From a bacterium (lineage in GTDB: Bacteria > Elusimicrobiota > Elusimicrobia > Elusimicrobiales > UBA9959): a DNA stretch of 64,000 nucleotides. Position 1 is the first letter of the stretch. The number at the start of each line of letters is the position of its first letter. The stretch lies in NCBI GenBank assembly GCA_021811185.1, contig JAJZPL010000016.1:1-64000 (forward strand), given 5' to 3'. Below the pieces are notes generated by a model. It worked only from the letters and a program-made list of their open reading frames with translations. It was not told the origin of the DNA and did no database searches. Positions 56,725 to 64,000 of this stretch are shown in pieces. The translations under genes and the position numbers were made by a program.

Positions 56725-58182
56725 ATGAAGATACTTGTTGCCGCCAGCGAAGCTTTCCCTTTCTGCAAGACCGGCGGGCTAGCCGACGTTACCGGCGCCC
56801 TGGCGCAGGTCTTCTCCAGGGCGGACGACACCGAGGTGGTGCTGTTCCTGCCGCGCTACAGGAACGTAGGCGGCGGCGCTTTCTCGCCCAAGGCCGCGGG
56901 CGGCAGTTTCCTTATCCCTGTCGGCAACCGCGTGGAGACCGCCACGATGAGCCGCGTGCAGTGGGGCAAGGTGGCCGTGTACTTCATCGAGAACCCCAAG
57001 TATTTCGACCGCCCCGGCATGTACCGCTCCGCCTCGGGCGATTACGAGGACAACGACGAGAGGTTCATGTTCTTCTCGCGCGCGGTGCTGGAGGGGGCCA
57101 AGTTCATAGGCTTCAAGCCAGACGTGATCCATTGCCACGACTGGCAGACGGGCCTGGTGCCGGCCTACCTGCGCACGCTTTACCGCATAGATTCCTTCTA
57201 CGCCAAGACCGCCACGGTCTTCACCATCCACAATATCGCCTACCAGGGCATGTTCCCCAAGGAAACGCTGCTGAAGGCCGGGTTCTCCTGGCTGGACTTC
57301 ACCCCGGAGAGGTTGGAGTTCTACGGCGGGATAAACTACATGAAGTCGGCGCTGGTTTTCGCTGACCTTATCACCACGGTGAGCCCCACCTACGCGAGCG
57401 AGATCCAGTACCGCCCGGAGTTCGGCCATGGGCTTGAGGGCGTGCTGAAGCACCGCACGTCGGACCTGTTCGGCATCCTCAACGGCATCGACGAGGAGAT
57501 CTGGGACCCGGCTACGGACACTTTCCTGGAGCGCGGCTACGAGCTGAAGAGCTTCCAGCGCGGCAAGGCGGCGGCCAAGAAGGCGCTGCAGAAGGAGCTC
57601 GGCCTCGAGGAGAACAAGGACCTGATCCTGGCGGGCGTTGTTAGCCGGCTGGATTATCAGAAGGGGCTTGATACGCTGCTGAAGGTGGCGCCGGAATTCG
57701 TGGACAAAATGCAATTTGTCGTGTTGGGAGCCGGGGACCCTGGCCTGGCGGACGCTTTCGGGGCTTTGGCCGGCGCTAACCCGAAGCGGGTGGCGTTCCG
57801 GTCGGGTTTCGACGAGGAACTGGCGCACCGCATCTACGGCGGCGCGGATATTTTCGTGATGCCTTCGCGGTTCGAGCCGTGCGGGCTTAGCCAGATGATC
57901 TCGATGCGCTACGGCGCGCTGCCGGTGGTGACGCGCACGGGCGGCCTGAAGGACACGGTGTTCTACAACGGCGAGCCCAAGGATTCCAACGGCTTCGCGA
58001 TAGACAACGCGGACGAGGGCCAGCTGCGCTCCATCCTCGGGCATATCGTGTCGCTATTCGGCTGGCGCGAGAACTGGAACCTGATGGTGAAGAACGCCAT
58101 GCGCGGCGACTACGCCTGGGGCAAGTCCGCCGAAGCCTACATCAAGCTCTTCGCCATCGCCGCCCAGCGCCGGCAGTTGTAG
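56725..58182 (+). CDS. glgA: Glycogen synthase (ADP-glucose type)
   Basis: N-terminal KTGGLADV motif; GT5 architecture; 485 aa. Confidence 0.9.
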   Translation: MKILVAASEAFPFCKTGGLADVTGALAQVFSRADDTEVVLFLPRYRNVGGGAFSPKAAGGSFLIPVGNRVETATMSRVQWGKVAVYFIENPKYFDRPGMYRSASGDYEDNDERFMFFSRAVLEGAKFIGFKPDVIHCHDWQTGLVPAYLRTLYRIDSFYAKTATVFTIHNIAYQGMFPKETLLKAGFSWLDFTPERLEFYGGINYMKSALVFADLITTVSPTYASEIQYRPEFGHGLEGVLKHRTSDLFGILNGIDEEIWDPATDTFLERGYELKSFQRGKAAAKKALQKELGLEENKDLILAGVVSRLDYQKGLDTLLKVAPEFVDKMQFVVLGAGDPGLADAFGALAGANPKRVAFRSGFDEELAHRIYGGADIFVMPSRFEPCGLSQMISMRYGALPVVTRTGGLKDTVFYNGEPKDSNGFAIDNADEGQLRSILGHIVSLFGWRENWNLMVKNAMRGDYAWGKSAEAYIKLFAIAAQRRQL

Positions 58183-58194
58183 ACCGATCTTACA

Positions 58195-58338
58195 TTCGGA
58201 CCGCGAGAAGCGAAGTCTGGTGCGTCCAGGGGGACCGGAACGCAAAACGCGCTCGGCCACACCGTGGCCTCGCTCGACATTCGGCCCTCGCGCTATGCAA
58301 GCTCGGGCCTCACGACGGTTTTGCTAACCCGGTCCCCC
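58195..58338 (-). repeat. Structured repeat copy D (inverted relative to copy A; hairpin 58229-58338)
   Basis: Reverse complement nearly identical to copy A including the gggggaccgg/ccggtccccc closing stem; tail ccagacttcgcttctcgcg. Confidence 0.75.
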
Positions 58339-58389
58339 TGTCCACACCCTCCGCTTGTTAGGTTCCAAGTAAGAAAGTAATTTTTGAAA

Positions 58390-58689
58390 ATGAAAAAATT
58401 TAAATTAGCATTAAGCTTGTTGGTGGCTTTAAGCTTTATGCACTATGTTTTTCAATTTTTTGCGTGGAGCTATGCGCCAGGTAATGCTGCTCCGATGGCC
58501 GGGAATCCTGGATATTGGCAGCATATTGCTTGGCCGGTGTTGTCCTTTCCTGCGTTTTGGCTGTTTTCCAACTGGGCGACAGAATACTTTGGAACTGTAT
58601 CTGTTTTGAATAGTTTGATCTGGGGGGTTCTGCTTACTAAAGTGTTTTTATGGCAATGGGGGAAGCATGTTCGGCAAACTGTAAAATAA
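58390..58689 (+). CDS. Small AT-rich-encoded membrane protein (99 aa, 2-3 TM, Trp/Phe-rich)
   Basis: Marked compositional contrast (AT-rich codons) to the flanking DNA; hydrophobic segments; bracketed by inverted repeat copies D and C. Confidence 0.45.
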   Translation: MKKFKLALSLLVALSFMHYVFQFFAWSYAPGNAAPMAGNPGYWQHIAWPVLSFPAFWLFSNWATEYFGTVSVLNSLIWGVLLTKVFLWQWGKHVRQTVK

Positions 58690-58795
58690 GGACAGCGGCC
58701 TGTTTCTGCCAGTTGTTTAACCGCCGGGGGACTGGCGGTTTTGTTTTGTAAGGGGACTAGGGATGGGCACTTGGGAATTAAGCGGAGGCGGCGGA

Positions 58796-58940
58796 CTGGG
58801 GTGCCGGGTTAGCAAAACCCTCACGGAGGCCGAGGCTTGCGTAAGCGACGAGGCCGAGTGAGGAGGGGCGGCTACGGTGTGGCCGACCCCGTGTTTTGCG
58901 TTCCGGCACCCCAGGCCGCCACCGACTTCGCTATCCTGCG
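58796..58940 (+). repeat. Structured repeat copy C (hairpin 58796-58914 plus CCGACTTC tail)
   Basis: Closing stem ctggggtgccgg/ccggcaccccag (compensatory relative to copies A and D); gttagcaaaaccc and gttttgcgttcc shared. Confidence 0.75.
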
Positions 58941-58956
58941 GAATAAAAAAATATTG

Positions 58957-59604
58957 TTACAGCGAGCGGCCGGAGGCGCGGGCGATGTCCTTGTACAGGC
59001 GGTAGCTGGCGGCCAGGGCGGCGTCCACGCAGGAAAGGGAGAACGGGGTCAGCGTGGCCGTCTCCTCGAGGGGGATCCGGTAAAGGCAGCAGTAGTCGGC
59101 TACTTCCATGCGGGCGCTGGCCAGGGCGGCGTCGGCCGAGCGCTCCAGGGGCTCGGCCTCTACGCGCTTTACGAGCGCGTCGAAATGCAGCCGCGAGTAA
59201 GCCCCCTTTATGTGCCGCTCCGCCTCGGGGTCCCTGCCGGCGGTTTTCTTTTCCTCTTTTATTATCGAGAACGGTTCCAGCGCGGAGAGGCGCTGCTCTA
59301 TGAACGCCGGGCTGCCGGCCATGGCGGCGCCTACCCTTTTGAAGTCCGTCTCTGAAATAAGCCGGTCCAGCCCGGACCTGAAGTCCTCCGCGGCTCCCGG
59401 CGTAGCTTTTCCGGACTTGAGTTTCTGGACGAAGGCGGCGCACAGCTCCGCCAGGGTTTCCCTCTGGAGGTCGGCCAGGTATTCCGCCATGTTGTGGAAG
59501 GAGGTCAGGAAAAAATCTTTCTCGCTGGTGTAGCCCCTCGGGGGCGCGCCGGTGAACGTCCTTAAGGCCGCGACTAGCATCAGCTGGTTCCGCATTTTCG
59601 CCAT
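58957..59604 (-). CDS. Hypothetical protein downstream of the RND efflux operon
   Basis: 215-aa ORF with GC-rich codon usage; no recognised domain. Confidence 0.45.
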   Translation of the reverse strand: MAKMRNQLMLVAALRTFTGAPPRGYTSEKDFFLTSFHNMAEYLADLQRETLAELCAAFVQKLKSGKATPGAAEDFRSGLDRLISETDFKRVGAAMAGSPAFIEQRLSALEPFSIIKEEKKTAGRDPEAERHIKGAYSRLHFDALVKRVEAEPLERSADAALASARMEVADYCCLYRIPLEETATLTPFSLSCVDAALAASYRLYKDIARASGRSL

Positions 59605-59657
59605 TAGTACTATTGTAAGATGAAATCCGCGTCCAGCTCAAGACTTGACCGGCGAAA

Positions 59658-59692
59658 TAAAAAAGGGAAGCTTGCGCTTCCTTTTTTATTCG
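59658..59692. terminator. Hairpin terminator between the RND gene and the downstream hypothetical gene
   Basis: A6-gggaagc-ttgc-gcttcc-T6. Confidence 0.6.
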
Positions 59693-59704
59693 CGGCCGGG
59701 ACTG

Positions 59705-62700
59705 TCAGGCCTTGTTCATGTATTTCTTGCGGAACCACACTTCCAGGTCGTCGAAGAGGGTATAGGTTACCGGGGTCATCAGCAGGGTGATCAGGAGCGA
59801 CAGCGACTGGCCGCCGATGATGACCCAGGCCATGGCGCGGCGCGAGCCCGAGCCCGCGCCCGTGCCGAGCGCCGTAGGGATCATGCTGGCCACCAGCGTA
59901 AGCGTGGTCATCAGGATGGGGCGCAGGCGCGTCTTGTTCGCCTGGATGGAAGCCTCGTGCCGCTCCATGCCCTTCGCCCGCAGCGTGTTGGTGTAGTCCA
60001 CCTGCAGGATGGAGTTCTTCTTCACGATGCCGAACAGCATGAAGATCCCCATGATGCTGAACAGCGTCATGCTCTGCCCCGCCACGAACAGCGAGATCAC
60101 CGCGAACGGCAGCGTCAGCGGCAGCGCTATCAGGATGGAGATGGGGTAGACGAAGCTCTCGAACTGGCTCGCCAGCACGATGTAGATGAAGATGAACGAC
60201 ATCGCGAAGGCCATGACGAAGCCCTTCAGCATGTTGCCCAGCTCCTTGGCGCGCCCGGCCGCGCCGCCGGTGTATTCCGCCGGCGGGTGCTGCGCCCTGA
60301 ACGCCGCGTCCGCCTCCTTGATCAGCTGGCCCAGCGGCATGCCGTTGGTGTTGGCTTCCACCGTGATCTTCCTCTGGCGGTTGAAGCGCTCGATCTGCGT
60401 GGGGCCCAGCCCTTCCACCACCTTGGCCACGCTGTCCAGGCGCACCATGCGCCCGCCGGTAGCGGGGATGACCATGGCCTCCAGCACTTCCTTCCTGTTG
60501 CGGAAGGCCTTGTCGGCGCGCACGCGCACCTGGTACAGATCGTCCCCGTCCTTGAACTTGGTAATGTCCTCTTCGCCGCCCACCAGCGTGCGCAGCGAGA
60601 ACGCGATGTCCTCTATCTTCACGCCCAGGTCGTGGGCGCGGTCGCGGTCTATCTCCACGCGGTATTCGGGCTTGGCGTTGGAGAAGCTCATGTCCACGTC
60701 CACCACGCCTTTCAGGGTTTTCAGATGGTCGGTCACGGCCTTGGCGTACTGCTGCAGCTTGTCCAGGTCCGGTCCGGTAACGTTGTACTGCAACTCCTTC
60801 TCGCCGCCGCCGCCGAAGCCGCCGATAGGAGCCACGGCGATGCGCAGCCCGGTGTACTTGCTCATCATCTCGCGGGAGGATTCTATCACCTTGCTCAGCT
60901 TCGGGCGCTTGCCGAGCGGCACCAGTTCCACCAGCAGGTAGCCTTCGTTGGTGGCTGCGGAACCCGCGTGCGAGCCCGTGCCCGTGCCGATGGACGACAG
61001 CGTGTTGGTAACGTAGGGGATGGACTTCGTTTCCGCCTCCACCTGCGCGAACAGCTGCTTCATCACGTCCAGGCTGGTGCCCTCGGGCGCCTTGATGGTG
61101 ATCTGGTACTGGCCGGTGTCGTCCTGCGGCATGAAGTCCTTGCCGATGAACATGAACAGCGGGATCATCGACAGCATGATGCCGATGGAGCCGAGCACCA
61201 TGAACTTGCGGTGCGACAGCGCCCATTCCAGCAGCACGATGTAGCGGCTGGCCAGCCAGTCGTTGATGTGGTCGGTGAACCGCTGCAGCTTGGATTTTTC
61301 TGACTGCTTCACTTTCAGGAACAGCGAGCAAAGCATCGGCGTGAGCGTCAGCGCCACGAAGGTGCTGATGGCGATGGCGAAGGCTATGGTGAGGCCGTAG
61401 CTCTTGACGAACCGGCCCACGATGCCGCCCATGTAGGCCAGCGGCACGAAGATGACGATGAGCGAAGCCGACATCGCGATGACCGCGAAGCCGATCTCGT
61501 TGGCGCCGTCGAGCGCGGCCTTAACGGGGGAGATCTTGTGCTCCTCCATGTGGCGGTAGATGTTCTCCAGCATTACGATGGCGTCGTCGATGACGATGCC
61601 GACGGCGATGGTCAGGCCCAGCAGCGTCATGTTGTTAAGCGTGAAGCCGGCCTGGTCCATGAAGAAGAACGTGGCGATCAGCGAGGCCGGGATGGCCAGC
61701 GCCGAGATGACGGTGGAGCGGAAGTCGCCCATGAACACCAGCACCATCAGGCCCGCCAGCAGCGCGCCCAGCATCAAATGCTCTTTCACCGTGTCCACCG
61801 AACTCTGGATGAACTCGGACTGGTCGCCGATGATCTTGGTCTGGATACCGGGGGGGATGATGGCCTGCATGGCGGTGAGGCGCGCGCGGATATTTTTGAC
61901 AACCTCAACGGTATTCGTGCCGGACTGCTTCTTCACTACCAGCGTGACGGAAGGCTTGCCGTTAAGGTAGGAGGCCGTGGTCATGTACTCGCCGGTGTCT
62001 TCCACGCGGGCGATGTCGGACACTCGGATGGGCGTGCCGTTCACGTTGGCTATCACGATCGAACTGAAATCCTTCACGTCCTTGATGCGCCCGAGGATGC
62101 GGAGCACGAAGTCCTTGTCCGTCTGCTCCACCTTGCCGCCGGGGATCTCGATGTTCTGCTGGGTGATGGCGTCCTTGAGCTGCTTGGTGGAAAGGTTGAG
62201 CGAGGCCATCTTGAGCGGGTTCACCACTATGTGGATCTCGCGCTCGCGGCCGCCCACCACGTCCACCGAGCCCACGCCGCTCACGGTCTCGATGTTCTCC
62301 TTGATCTTCTTCTTGGCGAAGCGCGTCAGCTCCACCATGTCCCGGTCGCCCGAGACCACGATGTTCACCACGGCCGTAGCGCCGATGTCGAACTTGGACA
62401 CCACCGGCTGGTCCGTGCCCTGCGGCAGCTGGGCCAGCACGGCGTTGATCTTGTCGCGCACTTCCTGCGCGGCCACGTCGCCGTCCTTTTCCAGCACGAA
62501 CTTGATCATTACCATCGACATACCTTCGTAGCTGGTGGAGGTCAGTTCGTCTATGCCGGCTATGGTGTTCACCGATTCCTCTATCGGCTTGGTGATGGAG
62601 GACTCCACTTCCTCGGGGCCCGCGCCGCGCAGCGTGGTCTGCACTATCACGAACGGGAATTCCACGTTGGGGAACAGGTCCACGCCCAGCCGGAAGTAGG

Positions 62701-62782
62701 AGAAGATGCCCAGCACCACCAGGGCCGTTATCATCATGGTGGTAAGAATGGGGCGTCTAACCGCGAGGTCTGTGATCTTCAT
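59705..62782 (-). CDS. RND-family efflux transporter (AcrB/HAE1-like)
   Basis: 1025 aa; 12-TM plus large periplasmic loops architecture. Confidence 0.9.
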   Translation of the reverse strand: MKITDLAVRRPILTTMMITALVVLGIFSYFRLGVDLFPNVEFPFVIVQTTLRGAGPEEVESSITKPIEESVNTIAGIDELTSTSYEGMSMVMIKFVLEKDGDVAAQEVRDKINAVLAQLPQGTDQPVVSKFDIGATAVVNIVVSGDRDMVELTRFAKKKIKENIETVSGVGSVDVVGGREREIHIVVNPLKMASLNLSTKQLKDAITQQNIEIPGGKVEQTDKDFVLRILGRIKDVKDFSSIVIANVNGTPIRVSDIARVEDTGEYMTTASYLNGKPSVTLVVKKQSGTNTVEVVKNIRARLTAMQAIIPPGIQTKIIGDQSEFIQSSVDTVKEHLMLGALLAGLMVLVFMGDFRSTVISALAIPASLIATFFFMDQAGFTLNNMTLLGLTIAVGIVIDDAIVMLENIYRHMEEHKISPVKAALDGANEIGFAVIAMSASLIVIFVPLAYMGGIVGRFVKSYGLTIAFAIAISTFVALTLTPMLCSLFLKVKQSEKSKLQRFTDHINDWLASRYIVLLEWALSHRKFMVLGSIGIMLSMIPLFMFIGKDFMPQDDTGQYQITIKAPEGTSLDVMKQLFAQVEAETKSIPYVTNTLSSIGTGTGSHAGSAATNEGYLLVELVPLGKRPKLSKVIESSREMMSKYTGLRIAVAPIGGFGGGGEKELQYNVTGPDLDKLQQYAKAVTDHLKTLKGVVDVDMSFSNAKPEYRVEIDRDRAHDLGVKIEDIAFSLRTLVGGEEDITKFKDGDDLYQVRVRADKAFRNRKEVLEAMVIPATGGRMVRLDSVAKVVEGLGPTQIERFNRQRKITVEANTNGMPLGQLIKEADAAFRAQHPPAEYTGGAAGRAKELGNMLKGFVMAFAMSFIFIYIVLASQFESFVYPISILIALPLTLPFAVISLFVAGQSMTLFSIMGIFMLFGIVKKNSILQVDYTNTLRAKGMERHEASIQANKTRLRPILMTTLTLVASMIPTALGTGAGSGSRRAMAWVIIGGQSLSLLITLLMTPVTYTLFDDLEVWFRKKYMNKA

Positions 62783-62830
62783 TTTGTTGTCCTTCTGAAG
62801 CCGTTAAAAGGGAGCCGGTAAACCGTGCCG

Positions 62831-63724
62831 CTACTCCTGCACCTTTATCTTGCTGCCGTCCTTCAAGCCGTACAGGCCGAAAGTTATAAGCTCGTCGCCG
62901 GCTTTCAGGCCGGAGGCTATCTGCACGAAGTCGTCGTTGCGGATGCCTGTCCTGACGTCGCGGCGCACCGCGGTCCCGTTCACGGGCACGAAAATATAGG
63001 GTTTGCCTTTGTCGTCCAGCAAGGCCGCGGTGGGCACCGCTACCGCGCCGGTCTTGGCCCCCACCACCAGGCGGATCTCGGAGAACATGCCGGGTTTGAG
63101 CAGGCCTTTGGAGTTGTCGGCCAGCAGCTCCACCACCGCGCTGCGGGTCCTGGTGTCAACCACCGGGCTTACCCGGTAGACCTTGCCGCGGAACAGCGTG
63201 TCGGGGAAGGCGTCCACTTTTATGTAGGCCTGCTGGCCCATGAAAACTTTGCCCACGTAGCGTTCGGGCACGTCCACCACCACGCGTACCTGGCCCTGGC
63301 TCACCACCAGCGCTATCGGGGTGGTCGGCGTCACGTTGGCGCCGGTGTCCTGGTACATGCGGCCGATCACGCCGTTAAGCGTGGAGGGCACCGGGGCGGG
63401 CTCATAGACCACGCCGGGCTCGTCGCGTTCGATCAGCGCCACGGGCTGGTCTTTCTTCACGGCGTCGCCCTCGGTAAGCAGGTTCCTCATGAGTTTGCCG
63501 GCTACCCGGGGGTAGAGGACGGCTTCGTCCATGGCTTTTACGGAGCCCACCAGGATGATATAGTCCTCGATGTCCTTGACCTGGGCCTTTTCGGTCTTTA
63601 CCAGGAAGCGGTCCTTCTCCAGGCTGTTGAAGGCCTCGAGCTCTTTGTTCTTGCAGCCGCCGGCGGCAGCCGCCGCAGCAGCCGCCAGAGCTAAGGTGAA
63701 TATTTTGGTTTTAAGGTTTTTCAT
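62831..63724 (-). CDS. RND efflux periplasmic adaptor (membrane fusion protein) lipoprotein
   Basis: Lipobox AAAGGC; biotinyl-like/beta-barrel MFP pattern. Confidence 0.85.
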   Translation of the reverse strand: MKNLKTKIFTLALAAAAAAAAGGCKNKELEAFNSLEKDRFLVKTEKAQVKDIEDYIILVGSVKAMDEAVLYPRVAGKLMRNLLTEGDAVKKDQPVALIERDEPGVVYEPAPVPSTLNGVIGRMYQDTGANVTPTTPIALVVSQGQVRVVVDVPERYVGKVFMGQQAYIKVDAFPDTLFRGKVYRVSPVVDTRTRSAVVELLADNSKGLLKPGMFSEIRLVVGAKTGAVAVPTAALLDDKGKPYIFVPVNGTAVRRDVRTGIRNDDFVQIASGLKAGDELITFGLYGLKDGSKIKVQE

Positions 63725-63773
63725 AAATTCTCTCTATCGGTTTTTTGTGACCGTCTTCGTCCGTTATACTTTA

Positions 63774-64000
63774 TTACTCCCCGAGCGTCCACTTGAGTTC
63801 CGCGTCGGCGGAGCAGGTATCGTGCAGCGCCTGGATGTACAGGGTCTGGGATTTGTTCAGGGCCAGCGAAGTGTCGTTCAGCTCCAGCTGGCTGGCCAGG
63901 CCGTTCCTGAACCGCACTTCGGTGGCGGCCAGCGCCTTGCGCGCGGTCTCCACGGAAGTGGTCTGGGACTGGAGCCGGAGCGACGCTTCGTTCAGGCTCA
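63774..64000 (-). CDS. TolC-family outer membrane efflux protein (C-terminal part; gene continues beyond the window end)
   Basis: Translated C-terminus ...LNEASLRLQSQTTSVETARKALAATEVRFRNGLASQLELNDTSLALNKSQTLYIQALHDTCSADAELKWTLGE* typical of a TolC coiled-coil repeat. Confidence 0.7.
   Translation of the reverse strand, partial: SLNEASLRLQSQTTSVETARKALAATEVRFRNGLASQLELNDTSLALNKSQTLYIQALHDTCSADAELKWTLGE

Overview
This 64-kb window is GC-rich (mostly above 65% GC by eye), densely coding, and looks like a Gram-negative-type chromosome: TolC, RND efflux and an outer-membrane barrel are present. I support about 55 protein genes, one tRNA-Arg and several hairpin terminators. The core is a tungsten/molybdenum utilisation island (12.8-25.4 kb) containing: (1) an aldehyde:ferredoxin oxidoreductase (AOR) with a MoaD-like carrier; (2) a divergent pair made of a ModE-like regulator and an unusual membrane-domain/THEP1-like NTPase fusion, separated by a perfect ModE-type palindrome; (3) a MOT1-like permease; (4) tupABC; (5) moeA, moaA, moaC, a MOSC protein and mogA. 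A second AOR with a MoaD/ThiS-like gene and a convergent ThiF/MoeB-like E1 lies at 38.9-41.9 kb. Other content: nrdG-like radical SAM plus dut, M16, M13 and M32 peptidases, a 5'-nucleotidase, a flotillin-like protein with a triplicated N-terminal repeat, pruA with a divergent LysR regulator, a GT2 / B12-radical-SAM / GT-C envelope-modification cluster, a YtrA-type GntR-ABC operon, two PAS histidine kinases, PBP1A, a 1300-aa Ig/FN3-repeat surface protein with a T9SS/FlgD-like C-terminal domain that is translationally coupled to an outer-membrane barrel partner, trpS, scpAB, galT, glgA and a TolC-MFP-RND operon. The most unusual signal is a family of four ~150-bp structured repeats. Each has a ~110-nt hairpin with compensatory base changes between copies plus a conserved CCGACTTC tail. 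Two inverted copies bracket an AT-rich ~440-bp insert that carries a small membrane-protein gene. No CRISPR array, transposase or integrase was recognised. Many long antisense ORFs in the track are GC-driven artefacts.
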